Shown here: positions 8,819 through 18,094 of the stretch, one piece after another
Layout: every line of letters begins with the position of its first letter
Position numbering within the stretch: the stretch's first letter is position 1
Source of the DNA: an uncultured Planctomycetales bacterium
GTDB taxonomy: Bacteria; Omnitrophota; Gorgyraeia; Gygaellales; Profunditerraquicolaceae
Assembly (NCBI GenBank): GCA_964579435.1
Contig: CAZOGI010000001.1
Location: 157,907 to 221,906 of the forward strand
Direction: 5' to 3'
DNA: 64,000 nucleotides
Position numbers and translations under genes: made by a program
Notes under the pieces: model-generated
The model's database searches: none
Told to the model about the DNA's origin: nothing
What the model saw: the letters and a program-made list of their open reading frames with translations, nothing else

Positions 8819-9710
8819 GCCCCGGATACGCTACAAACGCCGGAATTAAACGCAGCGGACGGTACGATCTCTTGACCGCTCGCAGGTTCTCCAGTCCGGA
8901 ATCGTCCATAACGTTGATAAACGGATACGCGCGGAGTTCCGCGCAGAGCTCGCGGAAGATATATTGGGCCGCCCCCTTCAACGCAAGGTCGGTGAATTCA
9001 AAGAGGACGCAGAATGTCCGGGGGCTCAAGGCCACCCCGAAGGTGAAGGCGCAGAGTATGCCGTCGGCCGTCGCCACCCGGCCGATGCCCCCGAGTTTTT
9101 CAAAACCATCCAGGAGCACCCGCAGGCAACTGAAGGTGTCCTCGAGCATGCCCCGGTAAAGCGGATCGCTGCTGCGCTCCCGGCGCTGGCACATCCACCG
9201 CTGAAAGAGGCGTACGCATTCCTGCCGGTCGCTGCCCCGGTACGGCCGGTACTGCGCCCGGCAGTGTTTGACGAAATAATTGTACGCGGCGCGCTTTGAT
9301 TTATAGGCGTTGCCCGTCAGCCGGGCAAGACAGGAGCGATCGCAGACGTACTCCCCGGATTTCTCGCTGCAAGAAAACCCGCCTTCGGCAAACAACGCAC
9401 GTTCCGGAGCTTCGATATTCTCGATCCGGGTAACGCCGCTTTCGCCGTTTATCCGGCGCAGGCGCTCACCCGCAGTACGCGCCGCCACGATCCTCTTGCC
9501 CTTACCCAGCGGTGGCAGAAAGAGGAACGCGCCGACGCGGTCCCGGAAAAACACGCACAGCTGTTCGTCGATGAGCTGCCATTCTATGCGATAGAGCTCT
9601 TGCCAGATAAAAATGGAAGCGAAGGCGTACGCGGACAATTCGTGTTCGCGCTCACCCAGAAACAAAGAAAAAGTCCGACGATGCGCATACTGCAGCTTAT
9701 GCAGGCTCAT
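8802..9710 (-). CDS. DUF2156-family protein (related to the C-terminal domain of aminoacyl-phosphatidylglycerol synthases)
   Basis: About 300 aa. My recollection of the family pattern is FIWQ...Y, LxGxxYKxKRxxxNxF (LTGNAYKSKRAAYNYF) and a C-terminal GLxxxKxxxxP. The assignment rests on motif memory only. Confidence 0.6.
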   Translation of the reverse strand: MSLHKLQYAHRRTFSLFLGEREHELSAYAFASIFIWQELYRIEWQLIDEQLCVFFRDRVGAFLFLPPLGKGKRIVAARTAGERLRRINGESGVTRIENIEAPERALFAEGGFSCSEKSGEYVCDRSCLARLTGNAYKSKRAAYNYFVKHCRAQYRPYRGSDRQECVRLFQRWMCQRRERSSDPLYRGMLEDTFSCLRVLLDGFEKLGGIGRVATADGILCAFTFGVALSPRTFCVLFEFTDLALKGAAQYIFRELCAELRAYPFINVMDDSGLENLRAVKRSYRPLRLIPAFVAYPGHGTGA

Positions 9711-10203
9711 GCGGGATATCCAGCTCGATAAGCTCCAAAACGTCCTCGTACGCCTGGATGATCTGCGGATTTTCGCTCAGGAGCCTGCGGTAGGCGCGGG
9801 AATTGAGCAGTTCGGTCAGCGAGGAGACATGCGCCTTGAACGCCGGCTGCGCCAGCCGGGAGGCGACATACGGGCAATTCAGGTCGACCGTCAATACCAC
9901 GCGCTTCTTGCGTACATTCAGCAGAAACGGATACAACTGGCATTCAAATGGCCGGGTCGCGTAGACCTTGCATTTGTTCGAAGCGCGCTCAAGGAACGGA
10001 CACCAGAAATATCCCGCGCTCTCGTCGGGCACCAGGACCAGCCGCTTATCCGGCGAGATCGAAACGGCGGGGGCGGCGGCGTCGACAAAGGAGAGGATCT
10101 CCTCCTCCAGCAGACAGGGCGCCCATGCCGAATGCGCCTCCCGGAACCGACAGCATCCCTGGCAGGAAAGGCAGACCTGCGACGGAACGAATTGCGGGAT
10201 CAT
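9697..10203 (-). CDS. YkgJ-family (UPF0153) cysteine-cluster protein
   Basis: CLSCQGCCRF (CxxCxxCC) and CKVYATRPFECQLYP motifs. Confidence 0.75.
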   Translation of the reverse strand: MIPQFVPSQVCLSCQGCCRFREAHSAWAPCLLEEEILSFVDAAAPAVSISPDKRLVLVPDESAGYFWCPFLERASNKCKVYATRPFECQLYPFLLNVRKKRVVLTVDLNCPYVASRLAQPAFKAHVSSLTELLNSRAYRRLLSENPQIIQAYEDVLELIELDIPHEPA

Positions 10204-10520
10204 TTAACCACGCTGCCGACGGCGACCTTCTTTTCCGGAGTCACGATAACCGGACCGCTCTCACCCGATGCAGCCAGGAGCATCCCCTGGCTTTCGACAC
10301 CTCGCAGCATCGCGGGCTCCAAATTGTCGACCAGCACGACCTGCCTGCCGATCAGGGAGTCCTTGTCATAGGCGTTGCGGATCCCCGCAACGACCTGTTT
10401 GCTGCGGCCGCCGACGTCCAACGTTATAACGTAAAGCCGGTCTGCGTTCGGATGCTCAGTGACCGCGGTAATCTCGGCAATACGCAGCTCAAGCTTTTTA
10501 AAATCATCGATCGTGATCAT
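10200..10520 (-). CDS. Stand-alone tRNA-binding OB-fold protein (CsaA/Trbp111-like)
   Basis: FKKLELRIAEITAVTEHPNADRLYVITLDVGG...QVVAGI...LRGVESQGMLLAA is the classic tRNA_bind domain pattern, in a 106-aa protein. Confidence 0.85.
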   Translation of the reverse strand: MITIDDFKKLELRIAEITAVTEHPNADRLYVITLDVGGRSKQVVAGIRNAYDKDSLIGRQVVLVDNLEPAMLRGVESQGMLLAASGESGPVIVTPEKKVAVGSVVK

Positions 10521-10544
10521 ACCCCCTCCGGTGCCCCGCTGCCG

Positions 10545-12068
10545 TTAGAACGTCCATTCCAAAGACAACTCTACCTGGTAAGCCGCATCCGCCTTTGCGT
10601 CTCCCCGCACGAAAGGGGTCAAAAGGCTCCCGTCGACGTCATCGCGCCGCTCCCGGTAAAAATTCCCGGGGATAAAGTAACCGGCAAGCAGGCTTACCAG
10701 GGCGCGTTCGTTCATTTGATAATCGAGCGTCACATCCACTTCATAGCCCAGCTCTGCCGAGAGCGCGCGCGGCTCCCCTTCCCACATGCCGACCCCCCGG
10801 GCAAAACAACGAAGATAGTATCCCTGCACCGTCACCAACACCGCATCGGTGAGGGATACCTCACAGCCCAGAGAAGGCATCAGCAGATTATCGTAATCAG
10901 ACGCCCCGAAGGTCCCGGGACGGGGAACCCCGTAATTGAGACCCCACCCGCTGCCCATTGCCACCAGCGGCTTGGCATCGCAGCTCTCCTGGCCGATGGA
11001 GTCGCCCTGGGCCTGATTGAGCGACGAGAAGACGCTGAACGCCCGGTTTTTGCCGCGGGAGAGTGTCGCATCTTGCGCCAACACTTCCTCCTCGGTAACG
11101 GCGTTGCCGGAACAGACGAGGAATTCCCCGAACGGGACGACCCGTTCTTTCCCGTAGGCTACCCTGCCGTATACCAGATATCCCTGATGCTGAATATCCT
11201 TAAAGGAGGGGTCGCCGCTTTGGGCAACCCCGAAATTGCGGGCGCACTCCGCCTTGAACGCAAAAGGCGCAGCCTCATAGGTCAGGGCAAACCCTGCGGT
11301 GCCGAGGATATCGTGCTTTACCGGCGCGCCCCAGAGCGAATCGCGTTTGCCGGCCGCAGTATAATCGCTTAGTACCCCGCAGTACGGCTGCAGCCACAGC
11401 CGCTCCCTGCGCCAGGAGAGATCAGCTGCCCAGAAGTTGATCGCCCCCGGATGGTAATCAATCCCTTGCTCCTCGTCCTGACGGATACGCGCACCGAGAT
11501 GGTTTTTCAGGTGCGCGTCCGGCCGGCAGTAGTAGAGGTGCCAGGAGAACGGCTCCGCCTCGCGGTACAATTTCACGCCGATGTTCTCATAACTGCCGTT
11601 GAGGCTCATCCCCAGTCCGACGACATAGCTCGTCAGGCCGGCCTGGACCCGGAAACGGTCCCGCCAGGGCACATCCACCCACAACTCCTCCAACTGCGGG
11701 AGAAGCTCATCGTCACGGTACGCCTCGATGCGGCCGCCCGACGTCAAAAGAGCATTGCTTACCCACAGCGGCGCCGAATAATCGAACGGCCCGTTGCGTT
11801 CTATCTTCAGATATGCCCGCAGGCCATCGTCTTTGTGCGTATACCCCAACCCCAGGCTGTAATCAAACCCGATCGACGCGCTGCGGTCATCGGTGTTGCG
11901 ATGATCGAGGTCCACCGTATTCTCGAAAGTCACCGCATCCGTGCGTTGATACAGCTGCAGGGTCACCTCGGCCCGGGGCGTATCCATAACCGTCAAAGCC
12001 TGCGCGCCGCCTCCGCCGGCACACAGCACCCCCGCCAGACCAAAAACAAGAAAAACTGCCCGCCGCAT
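10545..12068 (-). CDS. Outer-membrane beta-barrel (porin-like) protein
   Basis: Signal peptide MRRAVFLVFGLAGVLCAGGGGAQA, alternating aromatic/polar strands, and a C-terminal LSLEWTF ending in Phe. Confidence 0.6.
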   Translation of the reverse strand: MRRAVFLVFGLAGVLCAGGGGAQALTVMDTPRAEVTLQLYQRTDAVTFENTVDLDHRNTDDRSASIGFDYSLGLGYTHKDDGLRAYLKIERNGPFDYSAPLWVSNALLTSGGRIEAYRDDELLPQLEELWVDVPWRDRFRVQAGLTSYVVGLGMSLNGSYENIGVKLYREAEPFSWHLYYCRPDAHLKNHLGARIRQDEEQGIDYHPGAINFWAADLSWRRERLWLQPYCGVLSDYTAAGKRDSLWGAPVKHDILGTAGFALTYEAAPFAFKAECARNFGVAQSGDPSFKDIQHQGYLVYGRVAYGKERVVPFGEFLVCSGNAVTEEEVLAQDATLSRGKNRAFSVFSSLNQAQGDSIGQESCDAKPLVAMGSGWGLNYGVPRPGTFGASDYDNLLMPSLGCEVSLTDAVLVTVQGYYLRCFARGVGMWEGEPRALSAELGYEVDVTLDYQMNERALVSLLAGYFIPGNFYRERRDDVDGSLLTPFVRGDAKADAAYQVELSLEWTF

Positions 12069-12096
12069 ATCAGCCTCCCGTGAACGGGCTGCGTTC

Positions 12097-12468
12097 CTAT
12101 TGCAGATATTTGCGGATAAACCGGAAGAGCTCTTGCCACTGGAACGGCTTTATAAAGTAATCCTTGGCGCCGAAGGCCATCCCCTCCTCGATATACTGGG
12201 TCTGGCCTTTGGCCGTCACCATGATAACCGGGATCTCGTGGGTGGCATCATGGGCCTTGAGCTGCCGCAGGAGCGTCAATCCGTCCGGGTGCGGCATGAG
12301 GATATCCAGGAGGATGAGGTCCGGCCGCTCTTGGACCGCCAGGGCGAGCGCTTCGGAGGAGTTGGTGGCGCAGATCGCCCGGTACCCTTCGCGCTCCAGG
12401 CGTTCCCGCATGAGCGAGACCACCTCTGGTTCGTCGTCGATCACCAGCAGCGTGTACGGTTTCTTCAT
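12097..12468 (-). CDS. Single-domain response regulator (CheY-like receiver)
   Basis: MKKPYTLLVIDDEPE..., DLILLDILMP (phospho-acceptor Asp) and VIMVTAKG...KP. Start ATG 12468 overlaps the radical SAM stop as ATGA. The upstream ORF extension is discounted. Confidence 0.9.
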   Translation of the reverse strand: MKKPYTLLVIDDEPEVVSLMRERLEREGYRAICATNSSEALALAVQERPDLILLDILMPHPDGLTLLRQLKAHDATHEIPVIMVTAKGQTQYIEEGMAFGAKDYFIKPFQWQELFRFIRKYLQ

Positions 12469-13877
12469 CTGCCTCGCAACAGCATCTTGGCCAAACCCCA
12501 GGCTGCCTGCATATTGAGCCTGAACCGGTTGAGACTGCGCATGCGCAGGAACTCCCTGACGATCTTGGACGGACGCAGATAAAAAGAACGGTATGCCCGG
12601 TGCTGCCATGCCAGCAACTCCTCCGGAGTCAACCCCGGGAGACGATGGATCGGCGGCGTATGGATCCCGAAACGGCGGTAATCGCGGGTCAGGATCGCGT
12701 CTTTGCTCAGGAGGAAATCGTACACCTCGCTTCCGGGATAGGGCTTCAGGATATGGAATTTGGCGATGTCCGGATCGAGCTCTTGGGCAAAGGATATCGT
12801 CTGACGGATCGAATCGGGGGTCTCCGCAGGCAACCCGATCATAAAAAACCCCCACAGCTCCAGGCGTAATTCCCGCGCCAGCGCGAACACCTCTTTGAGC
12901 CGGGCGATGTGCGTTCCCTTATGCGCCGCGTCCAGAACCTCCTGGCTGCCGGATTCCACCCCGATAGCCAGACTGTAGGTCCCCATCTCCTTGAGCGCCG
13001 TTAATACCTCGCGCGAAAGAAAATCGGCGCGGATCCCGTTGGGAAAGGCGAAACAGACCTTGAGCTTGCGCCGCTGGATCTCGTCGCGGATGGCGAAGAC
13101 CCGTTGGCGGTCGGTCGTGAAATTGTCGTCCCAGACATGGATCTCGCGGATACCGTAGCGGCGCACCAACTGTTCGATTTCATCGGCAACCCGCAGCGCG
13201 CTGTGCGCCCGGAAGACCCGGCCGCAAACCCGGTGTGACATGCAGTAGCTGCACCGGCCGGGACAGCCGCGGCTGGTCATGATCGGCGCGGTCCGGCGGT
13301 AAAGCGCGTCGGGATACGTGTAGTGGGTGACCGAAAAAAGGTGCCGTGCCGGAAAGGGCAACCGGTCCAGATCCGTCAGAAGCGGACGCGCTTCATTTTC
13401 GACAATACCCCCGGTTTCGTCCTTGTATGAGAGCCCGCGCACGCCGGCATAAGAACCCCCGGCCTTCAGACAATCAACCAGCTCCCGCAGCGTCTCCTCC
13501 CCTTCCCCGCGCACGACCATATCGACCGCCGGATTCCGCAACACCTCCCGCGGCAGGATCGTCGGATGCGTTCCCCCGAAAACGACGCGGGTCTGCGGAC
13601 TGTATCGCTTGACCGCGGCAGCCAGGTCAAACGCGGTAAAGAGCAGCGGGGTCGTGACGGTGCAGCCGAAAAGGTCGAAACGTTCGGCGCGGATCAGCGC
13701 GACAAAATCGTCGAGCGTCAGGCGCTGGGCCTCCATATCCACCACGCGCACCTCTTCCTGCAGGAGCATCGCCGCCAGGTAGGCCAGTCCCATATGCAGC
13801 TGCACCGGGGAGCGCATCGGCCCGTAGATATCGCTGGCGGGGGGATTGACCAGCAGGATGCGTACGTTCTTTTTCAT
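12465..13877 (-). CDS. B12-binding-domain radical SAM protein
   Basis: The N-terminus looks like a cobalamin-binding Rossmann fold (ILLVNPP..., VVFGGTHPT). The radical SAM motif is SRGCPGRCSYC (CxxxCxxC). I place the start at MKKNVRILLV (ATG 13877). Confidence 0.85.
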   Translation of the reverse strand: MKKNVRILLVNPPASDIYGPMRSPVQLHMGLAYLAAMLLQEEVRVVDMEAQRLTLDDFVALIRAERFDLFGCTVTTPLLFTAFDLAAAVKRYSPQTRVVFGGTHPTILPREVLRNPAVDMVVRGEGEETLRELVDCLKAGGSYAGVRGLSYKDETGGIVENEARPLLTDLDRLPFPARHLFSVTHYTYPDALYRRTAPIMTSRGCPGRCSYCMSHRVCGRVFRAHSALRVADEIEQLVRRYGIREIHVWDDNFTTDRQRVFAIRDEIQRRKLKVCFAFPNGIRADFLSREVLTALKEMGTYSLAIGVESGSQEVLDAAHKGTHIARLKEVFALARELRLELWGFFMIGLPAETPDSIRQTISFAQELDPDIAKFHILKPYPGSEVYDFLLSKDAILTRDYRRFGIHTPPIHRLPGLTPEELLAWQHRAYRSFYLRPSKIVREFLRMRSLNRFRLNMQAAWGLAKMLLRGR

Positions 13878-13898
13878 CGTGGCAGAGGAGGCGTCGTT

Positions 13899-13934
13899 AA
13901 AAAAAACTCCGCACAAAACGTGCGGAGTTTTTTG
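13899..13934 (-). terminator. Rho-independent terminator (bidirectional-looking hairpin)
   Basis: Stem CTCCGCAC / GTGCGGAG (13907-13914 and 13920-13927) with a 5-nt loop. A8 lies on one side and T6 on the other, so the minus-strand RNA reads hairpin plus U8. It lies downstream of the gltX-lipoprotein genes. Confidence 0.6.
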
Positions 13935-14014
13935 TTCGGCTTGCGTTTACCCCGTAAAACCACAGCGGAATAGGCGTTTCCCGCGCGCGGCGCGGCGCGG
14001 GAAGAAAAACGGAC

Positions 14015-14173
14015 TTACCACAAATGTTCCCGCATCCAGGCGTCGGCCTCCTGCAGATTGACGTTGGTGTTCTCGATGTCCTTCGCGGCACCTTTCATTG
14101 TCTCGCAACCGGCAGACAAAAAGAGGCAGCCGAGCACAAACAAAAGCGCCAACCCTGTTGCCCTTCTTCTCAT
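14015..14173 (-). CDS. Small lipoprotein, entericidin-like (52 aa)
   Basis: Hand translation gives MRRRATGLALLFVLGCLFLSAGCETMKGAAKDIENTNVNLQEADAWMREHLW*. The lipobox is LSAGC. The ATG overlaps the gltX stop (ATGA at 14170-14173). It is below the ORF-track length cutoff. Confidence 0.55.
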   Translation of the reverse strand: MRRRATGLALLFVLGCLFLSAGCETMKGAAKDIENTNVNLQEADAWMREHLW

Positions 14174-15474
14174 ACGCCGCTCCTTTGTATCCATCGTTCG
14201 AGCCGCTCCTCGGTACGCGCCCTTCCCAGACAGGCAATGGTCTCAAACAGGCCCGGGCCAACCGTTTTTCCGGTCAGCACGACCCGCAAAGGATGAACCA
14301 GTTCCCGCGCCTCGATCTTCAGCTCACCCACGAGGCCCCGGAACGTCTCTTCGATCGAAATGGCATCCCAATGCGCCAGTCCGTTGAGGCGCTCGCGCAA
14401 CAGACTCAGCGCTTCGGACCAGTCTCTCTTTAGATACTTCTGCCGCGCCTGCTCCTCGATGGCGTAATCGTCGCGGAAGAAAAAATCGGCACGGCCGGGA
14501 AAATCGGTTAAACGGGTAAGCCGTTCTTTGAATAATTGTACCAAAGAAACCAGATAGTTTCTATCAAATTTATCGGGTGAGAGCAATCCCGCTCCTTCCA
14601 ACAGCGGCAGGAGCATCTCCGCCAGCTGCTGCGGATCAGCGGCGCGGATATACTGGTTGTTCATCCAGTCCAGCTTCTTCATATCGAAAGTCGCGGCGGT
14701 CTTGTTCACGGCACGGATATCGAAGAGGCGAACCGCCTCTTCGGGAACGATGATCTCCCGGTCGTCCTTGGGAGACCAGCTCAAAAGCAAAAGATAGTTG
14801 ACCAGGGCCGCCGCCAGATATCCCATCTGGCGGTATTCCGAGATCGCCGTCGCACCGGTGCGCTTGGAGAGGCGCCCCCCCTCGATACCCATGATCAGCG
14901 GCAGATGCGCAAACGCCGGGAGGTCGAAACCGAGAGCCTCATAGAGGAGCACCTGCTTGGGGGTGTTGGAGATGTGATCGTCTCCCCGGATGACATGGGT
15001 GATCCCCATGAGCGCGTCGTCGACGACACAGGCGAAATTGTAGGTCGGGGTGCCGTCGGACTTGATCAAGACCTGATCCTTGATCACGCCGGAGTCAAAC
15101 GAAATTTCGCCGCGGATCAGGTCTTTGACGACGATCGGGCGCGGGACGACCTTGAAGAAGATCGCCTCGCCTTTGCCTTCGGTCGTCTGAAGATACGCCG
15201 CGCCCTCCCGAAGGAGGCGTTCTGCCTGCTGGCGGTAGAACGCAACGCGCTGGCTCTGGAAAAACAGCTCGTCCCAGGAAAACCCCAGCCACGTCAGGCT
15301 CTGCAGGATCTCGTCGACATACTCCTGTTTGGAGCGCGCCTGGTCCGTATCCTCGATGCGCAGGATAAACGTTCCCTTCTGCGCGCGCGCATAGAGCCAG
15401 TTGAAGAGCGCAGTGCGCGCACCGCCGATATGCAGGAATCCGGTAGGGCTGGGAGCGAACCGAACGCGGGTCAT
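14170..15474 (-). CDS. gltX: Glutamyl-tRNA synthetase (short form, 434 aa)
   Basis: RFAPSPTGFLHIGGARTALFNW (HIGH region), RIEDTD and RLSKRTG (KMSKS). Confidence 0.92.
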   Translation of the reverse strand: MTRVRFAPSPTGFLHIGGARTALFNWLYARAQKGTFILRIEDTDQARSKQEYVDEILQSLTWLGFSWDELFFQSQRVAFYRQQAERLLREGAAYLQTTEGKGEAIFFKVVPRPIVVKDLIRGEISFDSGVIKDQVLIKSDGTPTYNFACVVDDALMGITHVIRGDDHISNTPKQVLLYEALGFDLPAFAHLPLIMGIEGGRLSKRTGATAISEYRQMGYLAAALVNYLLLLSWSPKDDREIIVPEEAVRLFDIRAVNKTAATFDMKKLDWMNNQYIRAADPQQLAEMLLPLLEGAGLLSPDKFDRNYLVSLVQLFKERLTRLTDFPGRADFFFRDDYAIEEQARQKYLKRDWSEALSLLRERLNGLAHWDAISIEETFRGLVGELKIEARELVHPLRVVLTGKTVGPGLFETIACLGRARTEERLERWIQRSGV

Positions 15475-15995
15475 GCCTGCGCCGCCTCCCTGCCGCGCTC
15501 AAAGGCGCGGCGGTTCAATTCCAGGAGCCCCCGCTTATCCGCGGGAGCGATCGATTCCATCGCCCGCACGATCGCCGCGGCAGCGACCACCGGCCGGCGC
15601 GCCAGATAATAACCGAGTGCTATCATATTCGCTACCTTGATATCCCCTATCTCCAGTGCCAGATCGGTAAACCGCTCCCCCGTTGCGCCCGGCGCGGCGG
15701 GGATCAACGAGCGGTTCAGGATCAGAAGACCTCCCCGGCAGACGCGACTTCGAAAACGCTCAAACGATGGCCCGTTCATGATGATCCCCGTATCCGCCTG
15801 CTCGATGTAGGGGAACCCGATCTCCCGATCGGAAATAATCGTCATGCAGTAGGCAGTCCCGCCGCGCACCTCCGCCCCGTAGGCGGGCAGCCAGGTCGTC
15901 GCCTTCCCCGTGATCATGGCGGCAGTGGCCAGGACCTTGCCCAGGACCATGATCCCCTGGCCGCCTGACCCGGCAATGATAATCTTTTCCTCCAT
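15471..15995 (-). CDS. 2-oxoacid:ferredoxin oxidoreductase, gamma subunit
   Basis: IIIAGSGGQGIMVLGKVLA...YGAEVRGG pattern. It is the last gene of the delta-alpha-beta-gamma set. Confidence 0.85.
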   Translation of the reverse strand: MEEKIIIAGSGGQGIMVLGKVLATAAMITGKATTWLPAYGAEVRGGTAYCMTIISDREIGFPYIEQADTGIIMNGPSFERFRSRVCRGGLLILNRSLIPAAPGATGERFTDLALEIGDIKVANMIALGYYLARRPVVAAAAIVRAMESIAPADKRGLLELNRRAFERGREAAQA

Positions 15996-16011
15996 GCATC
16001 TGCTCCTTCGC

Positions 16012-16755
16012 CTACTTCAGTTTGCCCAGCGGGTACGCCTTCAGGAGCGTCGATTCGATCCAATCAAGAGAAGCCGGCGCAGAAAGATGCCAGTAGGTCG
16101 GACAGGGGGAGAGAACCTCGACGAGGGAAAACCCACGCCCATCCAGTTGATTCTGGAATGCGCTGCGCAGCGCCCCATACGCCCGGCGCACCTGCTGCGG
16201 GGCGTGGAGAGAAACACGCTCGACCGAAAAAACGCCGGGGGACAACGCCAGCATCTCCGAAATCCGCAGCGGAAATCCGTGTTGACGCGCGTCCCGGCCG
16301 TGGGGGGAAGTCGCCGTGCGTTGTCCGCCGATCGTCGTCGGCGCCATCTGTCCGCCGGTCATGCCGTAGACGGCGTTGTTCACGAAGACCACCGTCAGGT
16401 TCTCCCCCCGGTTCGCCGCATGAATGGTCTCCGCCGTTCCGATCGCCGCCAGGTCCCCGTCCCCCTGATAGGTGAAGACCACCACCTCGGGACGCACGCG
16501 CTTTATCGCCGTTGCCACTGCCAGGGCCCTGCCGTGCGCGGCCTCAGAACAATCGAAGCGCCAGTAGTTGTAGGCGATTACCGCACACCCTACCGGGGCA
16601 ACCGCAACCACGCGCTCCCGCAGCCCCAACTCATCGATCACCTGGGCAACAAGACGATGTACGACCCCGTGGCCGCACCCGGGACAATAGTGGGTCGGCT
16701 CCTGCCGCAGGGCAGCGGGACGACAGAAGAGCGGCTGTTCTTTTTCTTTCCTCAT
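16012..16755 (-). CDS. 2-oxoacid:ferredoxin oxidoreductase, beta (TPP-binding) subunit
   Basis: HYCPGCGHG, GDGDLAAIG and NNAVYGMTGGQ. I place the start at ATG 16755 (MRKEKEQPLF), not at the ORF-track start 17004. Confidence 0.85.
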   Translation of the reverse strand: MRKEKEQPLFCRPAALRQEPTHYCPGCGHGVVHRLVAQVIDELGLRERVVAVAPVGCAVIAYNYWRFDCSEAAHGRALAVATAIKRVRPEVVVFTYQGDGDLAAIGTAETIHAANRGENLTVVFVNNAVYGMTGGQMAPTTIGGQRTATSPHGRDARQHGFPLRISEMLALSPGVFSVERVSLHAPQQVRRAYGALRSAFQNQLDGRGFSLVEVLSPCPTYWHLSAPASLDWIESTLLKAYPLGKLK

Positions 16756-16799
16756 CGATCGTTTCTTTGTCTCTGCGCCCGCGCAAGGGCTTTTATTCT

Positions 16800-17870
16800 T
16801 CACAAGCCGCGCAGCGCCTTTTCGACCTGCGATTCGGACGGAATTCCTCCTCCGGCGCGCCCCAAAAAAGCAACCGCGGCCTTTCCGTTGACGGCCAGAC
16901 GTACATCCTCGACAAGCTGCCCGTATGACATCTCCACCACCAGAAAGCGGATCCGACGACGCCGGCGCAGCAGCGCAGAAAACGCCTGCTGCGGGAACGG
17001 CCAAAGCGTTTTCGGGCAGAACAGTCCCACGCGCGCGCCCCTTTCCCGGGCCGAGCGCACGACGTTCTGGGCAACGCGGGCCATGCTGCCGTAGGCGACA
17101 AGTACGATGTCGGCGTCCGGGAGCGAAAGGGCAACGCTGCGCTGCTCGCGCGCACAGACCATCCGGTATTTTGCCTGCAGGCGCTGATTAACCGTCTCCA
17201 GGGCGCCCTCTTGCAGATAAAAAGAACGCACGACGCGGGGGGCGCGGTTACGGCAACCGGTCAACGCCCATGCCGGGCTTTTTTCGCGCGCGTCGCATCT
17301 GCGCCGATACCCGTAGCGGACCGGCTCGCGCATCTGACCCAGCAGCCCGTCCGCCAGTACCAGCGCCGGCATGCGGTATCGATCGGCCAAATCAAACGCA
17401 AGGGGCATAAAGGCATACGCCTCCTGCACCGACGCAGGGGCCAGGACGATCGAATGGTAATCGCCGTGCCCGCCGCCGCGGGTCGCCTGGAAGTAATCCG
17501 ACTGGGCTGCGGCAATATTGCCCAGCCCCGGACCGCCGCGCATGACATTGACAACGACTGCCGGCAGCTCGGCGCCCGCGATATAGGAAAGCCCTTCCTG
17601 CATCAGGCTGATCCCGGGGCTTGAAGACGAGGTCATCGCCCGCACGCCTGCGGCTGCGGCGCCGAACACCATGTTGATCGCCGCCAGCTCCGATTCCGCC
17701 TGCAGAAAAACGCCGCCCTGCCCGGGCAGATGCTGCGCCATATGGGCGATCAGCTCGTTTTGGGGGGTAATCGGATAGCCAGCATAAAACCGGCAGCCGG
17801 CATGAAGGGCGCCGGTTGCGATCGCCTCATTGCCGCTTGCCAGTTCCCACGGAATCCGCTTCGCGCTCAA
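16800..17870 (-). CDS. 2-oxoacid:ferredoxin oxidoreductase, alpha subunit
   Basis: GNEAIATGALHAGCRFYAGYPITPQNE and SSSPGISLMQEGLSY. Confidence 0.88.
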   Translation of the reverse strand: MSAKRIPWELASGNEAIATGALHAGCRFYAGYPITPQNELIAHMAQHLPGQGGVFLQAESELAAINMVFGAAAAGVRAMTSSSSPGISLMQEGLSYIAGAELPAVVVNVMRGGPGLGNIAAAQSDYFQATRGGGHGDYHSIVLAPASVQEAYAFMPLAFDLADRYRMPALVLADGLLGQMREPVRYGYRRRCDAREKSPAWALTGCRNRAPRVVRSFYLQEGALETVNQRLQAKYRMVCAREQRSVALSLPDADIVLVAYGSMARVAQNVVRSARERGARVGLFCPKTLWPFPQQAFSALLRRRRRIRFLVVEMSYGQLVEDVRLAVNGKAAVAFLGRAGGGIPSESQVEKALRGL

Positions 17871-18088
17871 CGTCGTCTTCCTTGCGTTCTATGAATCTCG
17901 ATGCAGGTCTCCGGGCAGATCAGAAAGCACTGCCCGCAGCCGCTGCAGGCGTCGCTTTTTTTCGGGACGACGAAACGCGTCCCTCTCTTATTAACCCCTT
18001 CGCCCGCCGCCAGTATTTTCTTCGGGCAAACCCGCAGACAGAGGAAACACCCTTTGCAGAATTCTTTATCGACGCGAACGACAGCCAT
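17867..18088 (-). CDS. 2-oxoacid:ferredoxin oxidoreductase, delta subunit (2x[4Fe-4S] ferredoxin)
   Basis: CKGCFLCLRVCP and CSGCGQCFLICP cluster motifs; 73 aa; 4-nt overlap with the alpha subunit. Confidence 0.8.
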   Translation of the reverse strand: MAVVRVDKEFCKGCFLCLRVCPKKILAAGEGVNKRGTRFVVPKKSDACSGCGQCFLICPETCIEIHRTQGRRR

Positions 18089-18094
18089 CGCTTT

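Noticed and set aside
13940-14014. A GC-rich hairpin, TTCCCGCGC...GCGCGGGAA, just after the small lipoprotein gene, considered as a terminator.
   Set aside because: No U-tract follows it on the minus strand. The adjacent hairpin at 13899-13934, which has U8, is the better terminator. It may be a stabilising or REP-like hairpin, but there is only a single copy in the window.
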